Below are positions 1 to 15,220 of a stretch of 64,000 nucleotides of DNA, one piece after another. A program made the position numbers and the translations under genes. The stretch comes from Cyanophora paradoxa CCMP329. Taxonomy: Eukaryota; Plantae; Glaucophyta. How positions within the stretch are numbered: position 1 is the first letter of the stretch; every line of letters starts with the position of its first letter. The DNA lies in contig QPMI01000061.1 of NCBI GenBank assembly GCA_004431415.1, forward strand, positions 1 to 64,000, written 5' to 3'. Under the pieces are notes generated by a model, which was not told the origin of the DNA, ran no database searches, and saw only the letters and a list, made by a program, of their open reading frames with translations.

Positions 1-181
1 CTGCGCATGCCGGGGCTATCCGATGATCACTGTTCCGCAAGTCCCAATTCAATGATTTTCTCGGTGAACATCACATTGAGATATTTGGCGAGCGCCAATA
101 CAATAACACTATAGCCAATTTCAACGGGGGGCAGGCTCCGAAAAAAGATCCGGGGTCTCGCGGGTCGGGGGCCCCTGCAGC

Positions 182-2775
182 CTAGAGGGGGCAGTCGACC
201 TTGCGGCACTCGAGGATCTGGGGGGCGGGGGTCAGGGGCGGTCCCCCGGGGGCGGGGGCGGGGGCGGGCGGGCCTCGAAGTAGCGGTGGCGCTCGCGCTG
301 GATGGTGCGGATGCGGCGCGCCGCGTCCCGCTCCGAGCGCTCCTGGTCCCCCGCCGCCGCCGCCTCCGCCCGCCCCGCGTGCTCCCGCATGATCTCCAGC
401 CGCCGCTCCTTCCGCTCCCGCGCCGCCGCCGCCTCTTCGGGCGCCGTGACGCCGCGCCCCCCGTAGATCTCCCCCGCCTTGCCGGCCAGCCGCTCCGCCT
501 CGGGGGCGTGGCCCGCGCAGCCCGCCACGGGCACCGTCACGTGCGCCGTGCTCGGATACACCGACCGCCCGAACCGCGTCTTCGCGGGCGGCGCCGTCCC
601 CGCGTTCGCGGCGATCGAGCCGGCGATGACGTCCCGCGTCTCCGCCCGCGCCGCCGCCGCCGCCGACGCCTCCGCCGCCGTGGGCGGCCCGCGCACGGCG
701 GGGCGGGGGCGTGCGTGGCGGGAGGGGCGGTGGGGCCTCCGCAGCTGGCCCGGCCGGCCCCCGCAGCTCCCGCGCCGAGAGGGGCCGCTGGGCGCCCTCG
801 AGCCCGCGGGGGCCTCCTGCGCGGCGCGTCGGCCACGCGGGGCGGGTGCGGGCGGGAGGGGCGGGGCGCGGACGCGGGGGCGGGGGCGGGCGGGCGGTGG
901 CGGGGCGGCGGGCGGCGGGGGCCTCCTTGAAGGCGAAGTACTCGCCGGTCTTGTCGTTGATGCGGACGCGGGCGACGAAGTCGGCGAGGGAGACGCGCCC
1001 GTCCCCGTCCGCGTCGATCGCCCGCAGCAGCCGCCCCGCCGCCTCCTCGCTCAGCGGCATGTTGTACAGCCGCCCCATCGCCCCCCGCAGCTCCCCCTGG
1101 GCGCCCCGCCCTCAGCCCCCCCCTCCGCTCGAGCTCGAGCGCCTCGAGCAGGAGCGGCGGGCACGGGCGCACGAGGTCGAGGTGGCCGTCCCTGTCGGCG
1201 TCCATCGCCCTGAACGCGTCCTTCGTGCCCCTGCGCCGCTCGTAGACGCGTTGCCGCAGCGCCTCCACCGCCCGCTCCGTGTCCGGCGGCGGCGCCGGGT
1301 CCCGCACCTCCCACGCCACCCGCCCCAGCGGCGCCGGCGCCGGCTCCTGCCGCCCGTCAGGCGCCCAGGCCCCGCGCCGGGCGGGGGCGCGGCGCACCGC
1401 GAGGCGGGCCCGGCGCGGGCTCGACTGCACGACCGCCCCGCCGGCATCCCCTCCTGCGGCCTGCGGCGGCGTGGGAAGGGGCGGGAGTGGTGCGGGCGGG
1501 GCGGGCGGGCGGACGGGGCGCGGTGCTCGAGCAGCGCCTCTGCGAACTCGGCCCAGTGGACGTGGCCGGGGCGCCCCGCCTCGAGCGCCCCCGCCGCCGC
1601 CTCCACCAGCGCCGGCGGCATCGCCGGGTCCAGCCGCCCCAGCAGCGCCCGCAGCTCCCCGGCGCGAGGGCCCCTGCCCCGCGCGGAGGCGCGTCGGCGG
1701 GCGCCGGGGGTGGGGGTGGGGGCGGCGGGCGCGGGGGCACCGGCCTGGTCGAGGCGGGCCATGCGGCGGGCCTCCTCCGGCGAGGCGCGGGGGACACGGG
1801 CGAGCCGCCCCCGCACCTCCCCGAGCGCACCCTCCCGCACCCTCTCGCCCCCGCCCCCGCCCGCCCCCGCCCCCGCCCCCGCCCCCGCCCCCGCCCCCGC
1901 CTCCCGCCTCCGCTTCTCCGGCGAGTCCCTGCGGGGCTGGTGAGACGGGCGGGGCTGGAAGGATTGGCCCAAGCGGCGCCCACCGGAATGCCCTCACAAA
2001 GGCAGGGAAATCTTCAAGGGGAAAGACAGGAGCGTTAGAAGCGTGCGGGGAGCGAGGTGGGGGGCGGCTCGGATCGGGCGTACCGAGGCGACCGGCGGCG
2101 TCCGGCTCGCAGGCGGCGAAGAGGCGGCGGGCGAGGGCGGCGCCCTCCGGGCCCCCCGCGACGACGTTGAGGCCCTGCGGGCGTGTGCGCGTGGCTGTCA
2201 GCGAGGGCGGGGGCGGGGGCGACGAGGCGGAGGCGGGCGGGGGCGGGGGCGGCGGGGCGCGCCTGGAGGGCCTCCACGAACTCGGCCTCGGAGAGGGCGC
2301 CCCAGCGCCTCCCCGCCTCCAGCATCCGGTACGCCCCGCGCAGCTCCTTCCGGTTGAAGTGCACCTTCTCCCGCAGCAGCGCCTCCGCCCGCCCCAGCAC
2401 CTCCGCGTCCCGCGCCGCCAGCGCCGCCTCCCGCCGCCGCACCCGCGCCGCCCGCGCCGCTTCCTTCGTCGGGTCCGTCGGCCGCGGCTGTTCGTAGAAC
2501 GGCCGTGCCGAGAAGCCCGCCGCCGGTGCCGCCGCACGCGCAGCCGCATCCGCCACAGGGATCGCTAATGGCCTGAGCGCGATAACCTGCGCGACTTGAC
2601 GCCCCGGGCCGGGCCCGCCGGGCTCCTGGGCTGTCTGTGCTTCTGCTGCATCGACTTGCGGAGGAGCTGGTCGCCCTTCAGACGGAGCCCTGTGGCTAAG
2701 GCCGCCGCTGACGCTGCCTGTCGCCGGCCCTGCCTGACGAGCGCTGAGCGATCCAGCCCTTTCTCTCTTCACCAT
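182..2775 (-). CDS. Multi-exon EF-hand calcium-binding protein
   Basis: Spliced translation contains EF-hand loops DADRDGHLDL and DADGDGRVSLADF plus degenerate EF-like helices (LSEAEFVEALQ, HVHWAEFAEAL) and a C-terminal coiled coil. ATG at 2775; last exon ILECRKVDCPL* ends at 182. Confidence 0.8.
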
Positions 2776-3146
2776 CTTCGTCTAGAGGAGGCCGGGAGTT
2801 CGTGCAAGCCCCTCCCGCCAGCCTTTAGCTAAACCTGCGCTCCAATTCGGAGCTATACGCGGCTGTAGCTAAGCTCGCCAGAGCCCGCTTGCTGCAAATA
2901 GCCTCCGGTAACACGGCGCGCCGGAATGTTGTTTTTCTGTCCTAGAAACTCCCGCTTACGCTTTTTCCTCCGCTGTTACGCCTTGGCCCGGTTCGGTGTG
3001 AATCGGCTGCTTTCGAGGGGTACGGGTGTCGAGAAAGCCCTGCCAGCCGTCGCACAGTCCCTTCTCGACTCTAGCTGGTAGGCCGCTTTACCATTCTTGC
3101 AAATCTCACAATCCAGGCCAGCTTGTTCAGCGATCGGCTGCGTACA

Positions 3147-5277
3147 ATGAGCTCCCTGCCGGCCTGCCGGCCGAGCGTGGCGTTCACGTCACAGCTTGCG
3201 CTGAGGATACCGGCGCCATCCTTCTTCCTGGGAACCTCGTTGAGCTCGCAGGTCAGTGACGCTCCCGATCAAAATTCAGCCCAGGGGTCGACTTCCCTAG
3301 ATTCCGAGGCTCGAGACCGCTGACGTTGAAGTTACTGGCGTTGAACGACATCCCACAGAAGCGTGCGCAGAGCGGCCGCACGAGCGCTCTTCGGGACAGT
3401 GGCAACAGACGCCGCCAGGCAGGCGGCGAGACCGCCGGAACACCTCCGGTGCGTGCGACGATCGATGCTCCAACCTGGACAGCTAAAGACGATTCGTGGC
3501 TCGCTCTCGGCAGCTGTCAAGGCGCTACTTCGTGGTGGAAGCGCAGGCCAGCGTCCCTCCGCCGAACGAGTCGCCAAGGCCTGGGAGCCAACCGCCACAG
3601 GAGTTCACGGCGTGGTCGCAGGGACGGAAGATCCTCGCCAAGGCGAGCGCGGCCGATCCGCGCCGCGGCGGCTCTTGGGCGCGTGGCTGACCGCGAAGCC
3701 GCGGGGCGCAGATCACGCACCACCGGAAGCAGAAGTTCAAGAAGGTGGTTTCCTACGGGAAGCAGGGCCGCGTGGTGGAGTACGTGCCTGCAGACGGCGG
3801 TGAGAGCCCGCCGCTGCGCGTCGAGTGCCGGTGCGGTCTCGGCGCTCCGCTTCGCGAACCATCGCGCGCCAACGCCCGGCGCCGCAGGAGCCCGCACCCG
3901 CCGGCGTACCTGCGCGCACGCTACGCCTCCGCGAGACGCAACTCGGGCATCCAGTCCGTCAGCCCTTCGCCCTCCCCGCCCGCCCAGCCGGCCTCCCCCC
4001 GCGCCGGCGACGCCCGCTCGCCCCGGCCGGCATCCCCCCCCGTCTCCGCATCCGCGGCACCCTCCCCGCCCCCGCCGGCACAGGCCTTCGTCGCGCCTCC
4101 CTCGGCGGCGCCGCTGGCGACGCCGGCGGCGCCGACGGCGGAGGCGCTGGTGAAGACGGTCGCCCTCTCCGCGGCGATCGGGCTGCTCGGCAGCGCGGCG
4201 GGGGCCCTCATCGGCCTCGGCGGCGCCTTCGTGCGTCCCCGCAGGGCGCCTGCGGCGCGGCGCGGCGCGGGGCTGACGGCGCGCGGGCGGGCGGGCGGGC
4301 AGGTGATCGTGCCGCTGATGACGCAGTGGGGCGGCCTGCGGCAGCATGAGGCCAACGCAACCTCCCTCCTCGCGGTTGCCTTCACCGGCCCGCCCCCCCC
4401 CCCCCCCCCCCCCCCCCCGTCCCCGCCCCGCCGCCTTCCCCGCCCCCCCTGAGGCCCCCGGCGCCGCGCAGGGATCGTGGGGGCGTACAACTACAGCGTG
4501 CGGAACGTGTGCCCGGCGTACGCGGCGGTGCTGGCGGCGAGCGCGATGGTGACCGCGAGGCTCGGGGCCGGCCTCACCGAGCGCGTCGCCCCGGCCCGCC
4601 TCCGCAAGTACTTCGGCTGGTTCCTCATCTGGGCCGCCTTCATGATCCCCGTCAAGGCCCGCCCCGCCCCGCCCGCCCCTCCCCGCCACCCGCCCATGAC
4701 GAGGCCCGGCGCAGGCGTGGCTGGTGTCGCGGGCGGGGGCGGCGGGGGCGGCGGGGGCGGCGCTGGCAGGAGCGCCCCTGGCGGAGGCGGCGCGGCACCT
4801 GCTCGCCCAGCCGCGCCTCGCCGCCTCGCTGCTCCTCGCCGGCGCCGCTGCCGGCTTCTCCTCGGGCTTCCTCGGCGTCGGCGGCGGCACCGGTGCGCCC
4901 GCCCCCGCCGCCGCCCCTCGCCGGCGCCGGCGCGCGTCACGCCGGCGGCAGTGATGGTGCCGGCGCTGGTGGTGGCGGCCGGCCTGCCGCAGCAGCTCGC
5001 GCAGGGGACGTCGCTCCTGGCGATGGTGCCGCCGGCGGTGGTCGGGGCGATCACGCACGGGGCGCTGGGGCACCTGCGGCTGGACCTGGCGCCCGGGCTG
5101 GTGGCGGGGGCGTGCGCGGGGGCGACGCTGGGGAGCCGCCTCGCGGTCTGGCTCCCCGAGAAGAGCCTCAAGGCCGTCTTCGCCGCCATGCTCCTCTACT
5201 TCGGCTCCCGCTACGCTGGCCCCCCGCCCCCGCGCCCCGGCCCCCACGCCCCCGCCACCCCGGCCCCCCGCCCCTAG
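3147..5277 (+). CDS. TauE/SafE (TSUP) sulfite/organosulfonate exporter family membrane protein, probably plastid-targeted
   Basis: Two internal repeats of the TSUP motif (GALIGLGGAF-VIVPLM...ANATSLL; GFLGVGGGT-VMVPAL...AQGTSLL) and about 8 hydrophobic helices. Ser-rich, Phe-containing N-terminus MSSLPACRPSVAFTSQ. The 5' exon structure is uncertain. Confidence 0.85.
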
Positions 5278-5479
5278 CGCCCCCGCATGTACCCGTACAC
5301 TCGCTCGCTTCGCCGATTCGGCCCCGCCCCCGCCCCTGTAGAGAACCATTCGCCGGCACGGCCCCCGCCCTCGGAAGCCCTTTCTCCCCCGAGCGCCCGC
5401 CCCGTCCCCCGCGCGTCTCTGGAAGCGAGGGAGGGGGTGATTGGAGCGGGGGCGGGCGGGGGCGGGGCGGGGCGGGGGC

Positions 5480-7711
<2,232 letters not shown>

Positions 7712-8155
7712 CTGCCGCGCGGAGCGCAGCGGTCGCATCAGAGAGAAGCGGGAGAGGATAAGAGCTCTTCAGCCAGAGCGCTGGAGGCGGCTGGGCGAAC
7801 CTGGATCTTACGCACTTTGGAGGGGGGGCGAAGAGGGGGCTACAGCCATCAATTGCAAAAGGTCAGCTCGCGCCGCCCAAACGCTTGCCGCGCCGCCGGA
7901 CTCACGCGGCCGCCGCCGCAGATCAGTGATCAAGTACCTGTGCCGGAGTTGCAAGGGCCGTCCCCGCAGAAATCGGCTGTTCGGCCCGCGGTCCGTCCGG
8001 CCAATTGGATCGCGTCCGCTCCGTAACACGCGCTGCTCACGCTCTCCGGGTTCGACAGACTCTTTTCTCCTTCTGGACCCCCTCGCGTATCAAGTGAACA
8101 GGTCGGCCGCATATGTCTCCCGCCGACGCCGGCGCTGCTCACACTCTGGACAGTC

Positions 8156-11100
8156 ATGGCGCCCGTTACGGCAACATTCATCATAGATTCGGACACGAGC
8201 GTCGGCGAGGACATTGTTGTTGAGATCGAGGGCGGCGAGCAGGTCCCGCTGACGTTCTCGAGTGGGCGCTGGCGCGGCAGCGCGAAGGTCGAGACGACCA
8301 AGCCCGTCATTCAGATTCAGCTCTTGCTGAAGACGCGCGGCAGCGTGAACGCCGTGCGCCCGATTCTGACTTTTGATCCCGCCTTTTCTCTCCCGCCCTG
8401 ACCCCTCGAAAAGAGCGGCCCAGTGCGCAAACTCGACGTCCCCGCCAACACCGTCGCAGTCGAATTCCGTGATACTTGGAAGCGGAAGTCCGGCGGGTGC
8501 GTTCTTCGAAAGCTTTGGAAGCGTGCACACGGCCCCCAGGCCACTAGAAGGCGTCTTTGTTCAGCGCGAGGCCCCTCCCGAGCATAAGCCGAGCGTTGGC
8601 GCCGTATGCTTACGTCCCTCGCAGTGACCTCGGCGGCATCTTCAACTGCGGCCTCTTCAAGGATGTGATCTTCACCGCTGAGACTCCCGCGAATGGGACG
8701 CCCATTCCTCGCGTGACCGCAACCAGCACTCCGGACTCTGTGGTTGTTCGTCTGAACTGCTCTTCTTCCGTCTCTGCCCCCGGCAAGGTCGTCTACTGCT
8801 GCGGCAGCATCCCCGCCGTGCGCCGTCCTTTTTCAGTTCTTTTTCGCCTCGCCTCACGCATCCTCGGGTCCACGCAGCTCGGGGCGTGGAAGGTCGAGAA
8901 CGCGGTCGCCATGGGGTTCGTCCCCGAGAGCAAGCTGTGGTCCCTGGACCTCGTGGTGGACAAGAAGGACCTGCCCTTCAGCTACAAGTTCATCCTGGCG
9001 AACGAGAAGCGCGGGGAGGCGCAGTGGGAGGCCGACCCGAACCGGAACTTCACGCCGCAGATGCTCGACGAGTTCCTCGCCAACGCCAAGTCGGCCGGCC
9101 TGGAGGCGGCGATGGCGGGCCTCTCGGTCTCGGAGGGCCCCGCGAAGATGCTCTCCGTCACCGAGGAGCCGATCCGCATCAAGGGCTCCATCAGCTACAA
9201 GGGCGCCGGCCTCGCCGTCCCCGTCTCCGCCCTCCGCTCCGACTCCAGCCTCGGCGTCGTGCGCCCCGCCCCGCCCCCCTCTGCGCCCCCCGCGCGCCCC
9301 GGGGCCGACGGCGGGGGGCGCAGGGCGAGTTCCAGGACCTCAAGCTCCTGGTGGACTTCGCGCGGGCCTCCGGGTTCACCATCATCCAGCTCCTCCCCGT
9401 CAACGACACCACCAACTTCCGGTCCCGCCCCGCCTCGAGCTCCGCCGCCCTCCCGCCGCCTCGCCGACGCCCCGCCCCGCCCGCAGCGACTGGCGCGACT
9501 CGTCGCCCTACAGCGGAATCTCAGTATTCGCACTCCACCCCATGTTCATCAACGGCGCGCCCCGGCCCGCCCCCGCCCCGCCGGCCCCCGCGCCTGACGG
9601 CGACGGCAGTCCCGGCCATCGGCGACCTCCCCGAGTCCCTCCTCGCGGACCACGCCGAGCAGAAGAAGAAGCTCGTGCGCCGCCCCCGCTGCCCGCTGCC
9701 GCCGCGCTCTTCTGCCGCCGCTGAGGCCGAGGGCGGCGCGCAGGAGGCGCCCACGCTGAAGTGGCAGGAGGTGTGGACGGTGAAGCTGCGGCTGCTGCAG
9801 GAGGCGTTCGCGCTGAAGAAGGCCGGCCTCGCCGCCGACCGCGACTTCGCCAGGTTCGTCGACGCGAGCCGCAAGTGGCTCGTCCCCTACGCCGTCTTCT
9901 CGTGCCTGCGGGACAAGTTCGACACGTGCGACTACACCGTCTGGCGGGTGGAGAACCTGGACATCTCTCGGCCCTCGGTGGAGCTCGTCGAGCGGCTCGC
10001 CAAGGAGGGCCTCCCGAGCTACTTCACGGCGGACGACGTGACCTTCTACTACTGGGTGCAGTACCACCTGCACCGGCAGCTCCAGGACGCCAGCAGCTAC
10101 GCCAAGACGAAGCGCATCGGCCTCAAGGGCGACCTCCCCATCGGCTGCTCCCGCTTCTCCGTCGACACCTGGATGTACCCCCAGTACTTCGACTTCGTGC
10201 GCCCCGCCCCGTCCCGCCCCGACCCGCCCCGCCCTGGCGCGCGGCTCACTCGGCGCCGCAGGACTACAGCATCGGGGCGCCGTCGGACCCGGGGTGCTTC
10301 TGGGGCCAGAACTGGGGCCTCCCCGTGTACAACTGGGACAACCAGGCGAAGGACGGGTTCCAGTGGTGGAAGGACCGGATGTCGTGCATGAGCCAGTACT
10401 TCTCCGCCTTCCGCATCGACCACGTGCTCGGCTTCTTCCGCACCTGGTCCTGCCCCTCCACCTGCGTCAAGGGCCTCATGGGCCACTTCTCCCCCGCCAA
10501 CGGCATCCACCGCAACGAGCTCCAGCAGCGCGGCATCAACGACTTCGGCCGCCTCACCTTCCCCTACATCCGGTCCCCGCCCGCGCCCCGCGCGCCCCCG
10601 CCCCCCGCCCGCCCCCCCTGACCCTCGCGCGCCAGGCGCCAGTTCGTGTACGACCTCTTCGGCGGGCGCGGCAACGAGATCATCGAGCGCTTCTTCGACA
10701 ACGACTTCGGCGACCGCATCAAGTTCAAGCCCCAGTGCGCGGGCCCCCTCCCCGCCGGCCCCGCCCCGCCCCGCCGACGCGCCGCGGTGCGGCAGCCTGG
10801 CGACGGAGGCGGCGATCGCGAAGGCATTCGAGCTGCCGGCGAACGCGAACGACGGGCAGAAGCGGGAGGCGCAGTACATGAAGGAGTCGCTCATGGGCCT
10901 CCTCGACTCGGTGGTCCTCATCCGGGACCCCCACAACGGCGAGATGTACCACCCCCGCATGCGCATCGGCGACTCCCGCTCCTTCCAGGAGCTCCCCGAC
11001 CACTGGAAGCAGCCCCTCGTCGACCTCCTCAACGAGTACGTCTGGAAGCGCCAGGACGGCGTCTGGACGAACCAGGCGATGCGGCTGCTGCCCATGCTCA

Positions 11101-11896
11101 AGGGCGGCTCCGACATGCTCCCGTGCGCCGAGGACCTCGGCCTCATCCCCAACTGCCTCCCGGGGTGCGCCCGCCCCGCCCCCGCCCCCCGCCCCCGCCG
11201 CCCGTGACGCCGCCGCGGCCCCCGCAGCGTGATGGACCGCCTGGGGATCCTGGGCCTCCGCATCCAGCGCTTCCCGACGGGCCCCGAGGAGTTCGCCGCC
11301 CCGAGCCAGTACCCGTGGCTCACCGTCGCCTCCACCTCGACGCACGACATCGCCCCGCTGCGCGCCTACTGGGAGCAGATGGACGCCGGCAAGCGCCAGC
11401 GCTACTTCAACTTCCTCGGCTTCAACGGCAACGCCCCGGGCTTCTGCGAGCCCTGGATCGTCGAGCGCATCATCTTCCAGCACCTCGTGCGGGGCCCTCG
11501 CCGGCCGGGCGGGCGGGGGCGCTGACGGGGGGCGGGGCGCAGGAAAGCCGCTCGGTGATCTGCGTGCTGCCCCTGCAGGACGTCCTCGGCCTCAAGGAGG
11601 ACGTGCGGCGCCCCGGCAGCCCCGGCGATGAGCAGGTGCCCCCGCCCCGCCCCCGCCCCCGCCGCCCCAGGCCGGCGCCTGAGGGGCCGCAGATCAACTA
11701 CCCGGACCTGGGGGAGCACGAGATCAACTGGCGCTACCGCCTCCACATGCCCCTCGAGCAGCTCGTCAAGAACAAGCCCTTCGCCGAGCACGTCTACGGC
11801 ATGCTCCGCAGCAAGGCCCGCCCGCCCCCGCCCCCGCCCCGCCTCCTCTCCGCCCGCGCGCCAGCTGACCCCGCGCAGGGCCGCACCGTCTTCTGA
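8156..11896 (+). CDS. DPE2: 4-alpha-glucanotransferase (GH77) with two CBM20-like domains, DPE2 type, cytosolic
   Basis: CBM20 motifs (LGAWKVENA...YKF...QWEADPNR) and GH77 motifs GAGLAVPVSALRS, IQLLPVNDT, LKGDLPIG, GQNWGLPVYNW, AFRIDHVLGFFR, CAEDLG, STHD, QINYP, WRYRLHMPLE. About 14 introns; no transit peptide. Confidence 0.95.
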
Positions 11897-12644
11897 TCGA
11901 CCCATTAACGGGGAGGGTGGAGAACCGAAATTTCAATCAGTGCCGCGCGGGTCGCGCGGTTCGCTTTCACCGCGGAGGCATTTCACAGGGGTTTCATCTC
12001 TTCGGGTTCACAGGGTGTCCATTCTGCTGTTCAGTCGTCGCATGATTGCTCAACAGTTTCAGATTAGAAGCTATTCTTGTTGCGATTGTAGATTTTAGGC
12101 AAGCGAGCGCTTCCAGTGTAGAGATCACGGTCGGCGTTGGCACGTGCACCGGCAGTCTGGCAGGGGCTGTCTGTGTTTTCATTTTCCGTTAGATACTGAA
12201 TCACCGATCATAGACACTGCAATACAAACCAAAGTTGAACCTCGCGCCTTCGATGCCTCAAGGCTTCATCCCGGGTCCCCGAGCTCTCGATCGGTGCAGC
12301 CAGGTCCCGAGGACGGACTGCTTGGCAACTTCCGAAGTTCACTAAGTAAGTTCAAGGCCCAGCTTGCAATTGGCAACCTCAAGGCCCGAGGCTTGGCAAT
12401 CGGGTCCTCGTGCGGCCCCCCTCAGGGCCTGTAGTTGCTGCGTTGCACTGCGGCAGCTCATCATGGCATGCCATGATGATCATGATCATATTGCAACACT
12501 GTGACAGACAGACTCAGAAAGATGGTACAAGGCTGCGGCTACCGTACGCAGCAACTGCATGGGAAATGAACTGTACAACAAGGGCGATGCATGTAATTAC
12601 AGGGCGGCCGAAGCCCCCGAGCGGACGCGGCCTCACGGGCCAAG

Positions 12645-15114
12645 TCAGGCGAGGCTCGCGGAGGGGCCGATGGCGCCGGCGGCGCGGGCGGCGCGGAGGG
12701 CGCCGGCGCCGGGGTCGCGGGGCCCGGGCGGCGGCCGGAGCGGGCGGAGCCCGTCTCCGAGCCACTCTCGCCGCTGCCGAAGCCCGAGGCGGCGCTGGAG
12801 GCCGAGGAGCTCGCCCCGGGGCCCCCGAAGGCCGCCCCGGAGGCCACGCTCCCGCCCGCCTCGTCGGCGTCCATCGGGTCCCCGGCCTCCTCGCCCGCCC
12901 GGCGGCCCCGCCGGGGGCGCCTCCTCCTCCTCGGGGTCGGCGGCGAGGCCGAGGGCGTCGCGCAGGTCGAGGAGGGCGGCGCCGGGGGTGTTCTCGGCGA
13001 CGAGCTCGGCGAGGCAGACGGCGGCCTGCTGCGCGGCGCGCTCGAGGGCGTGCGCGGCGGGGCGCCCCTGCTCCTCCAGCAGCGCCGCCTCCACGGCCCC
13101 CGCCACGGGCTCCCGCCGCCCCGGCGCGAGCAGGTACGCCACCGGCGACGAGGCCGGCTCGATGTACGCCATCAGGCTGAACACCTCGCACAGCGCGTTC
13201 TGCGCCCCGCCCGCCCCAAGTCGGAAAAGCTTGCCGGCGGCAGCGCGCGGGGGCGGCGCGCACGCGGTCCTCCTCGCAGCAGACGTTGAAGTGGGGGGCC
13301 AGCTCCGCCTGCCCGTACGCCATCGTCTCTGCGCCGCGCATCGCCCCGGCCCTCGCGCGCCGCTGCGGCGCCGGACGGGGCGCACCGGCGAGGGGCGCCG
13401 TGCGGAAGAGTTCGACGAACTGCGGGGCGGGGGCGTGAGCGGCGGGGGCCGACGCGGGCAGGAGCCAAGGCTGCTCCGGCTACAACTGGATGCGCTCCGG
13501 GGTCCTCGCTGAGGAGGCTCGGGAAGGCTCGGGCGCACCTTCTGGCGCTTGAGGGCGAGGGCGAGGCGCCGGTCGCGGGCCAGGAAGCCGGGGAACCGCG
13601 CCTCGATCTCCGCGACCGCCCCGTCGATGTCGCCGGCGAGGACGCGCGCGCAGATGCGCCGCCGCGCGTGCACGCGCTCCAGCTCCTCCTCCAGCTCGCC
13701 CTCGGGCAGCAGCCGCGCCGCCCGCCCGAACGCCGCCGCCGACTCGGCGTAGCCGCTGGGGCGCGTCAGGCGGCGGCGCTGCGTGGCGCGGGGCGCGCAG
13801 GGCGGACGCGTGGAGGAGGTAGGAGAGGACGAGGCGGGGGAGGAGGGGCGGGGCGGGCCCCGCGGGCAGCGGCGTGGCCTCCGCGGCGGCCCGCAGCCGC
13901 TCCTTCTCGTCCCGCACGTACGTCTCGATGTCGAAGCGGAACGGCTTCTGCCCGAAGTTCTGCGGCCGCGTCGGCCCCGCCCACGCGCGCCCCGGCGGCT
14001 GCCGGCGCGCGGGCGGGGGCGCGCACCGCCTCGACACACTCCTGCGGGGTGCGCAGGCCCGCCGTGGGGAACAGCGTCCCCTTGACGTCGCTGAACGCCA
14101 CGCCCAGGCTGTTTTATATTTATTGTTCAATGATTTATTATGTGCCATAATTTGTGCATATGTACCTGACGCCGTTCTTCGTGTAAAATATCTGTCCGGT
14201 TCGCGTGCGTCAGGGGAATGTGCGGAGGGCGCTCGAGGGCGTTGATGTACCGTGTTGCTAAGGAAATTCACGCAGGTCCCGATGATGTCGCCCGTCGTGA
14301 AGGTGGGGCCGTAGGCCGTGCCCGTTCCCGAGCCCCGGAAGCTGTTTCCATCGTCCCCGTGGTATCCTGCACAGGACGCGGCGTCAGCAGCGGCGAAGCG
14401 CGCCGTGCAGTCGAGCAGCGAGGCACACCGAACGAGCCGCGCTCCCAGCCAGGGAGCCTGTTCAATGACACTGATTGCGAACAAACTCCTACGCCGATGT
14501 AGCCGTCTCGACCTGCTCATCATAAGCGCGAGCAGCGCACATCACATGGCCCATCGCGCCGCGGACCCTTGGAAACGATGCGGGTCTCCCAGTCTGCGTC
14601 AAGGCGCATTATATAGAGGGCATCAAAGACTTACGGTCAAAGACGCACAGAAGATGCCCGCGGCGGCGGGAATAGCGCAGTTTGCTCTGACAGCTGCTGC
14701 CTCTGCGTCGCTCTTTCCCTGGCCTACGTAAGTGGCCTTCAGGTGCCCGTCGCCCAGATCAATAAAAGAAGGATGCTGCGGCGAATGCAGAACAGTGAGA
14801 CAGAGCGCGGCGACCGATTGACCCTTGGGCGCGGTCACTGATGTTGTTAAGCGAGCGCCTGAGTCGTGCAGGAGGCCCCGGCGCAGGTGAGAGAGCGTGG
14901 GCTCCGTTATGCGCCAGGGCGCGGGGCATGGAAGCCAGAGAGCGGGACGCCGCCAGCGCTCGGAGGGAAGATGGGCGATGCGCTCAAGTGGAGTACGCAC
15001 GTCGCGCGGATTCCAGCTCGAAGGAAGTTTCAGGGAAGCGCCGGCGCCCGTTGCTGCCGCTGCGGCGTAAGCCGGCTGGAAGGGAAGGCTTGTGCCTCCC
15101 TCCGACGCGGTCAT
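12645..15114 (-). CDS. RANBP9: RanBP9/10 (RanBPM/GID1)-like SPRY-LisH-CTLH-CRA protein
   Basis: [73 protein letters not shown] (SPRY); [15 protein letters not shown] (LisH); GDIDGAV (CTLH); [10 protein letters not shown] (CRA). The 3' end is uncertain (possible frameshift, 12539-12645). Confidence 0.92.
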
Positions 15115-15220
15115 GCACGAGAGGATATACAGCGCAGCACGGGGATGCTCTGTAGCCAATTCGGCCGCCGGCGCGATATTGGCTCCGTACCCCAAACTTC
15201 GTTCGCCTAACTTCCGCAAA

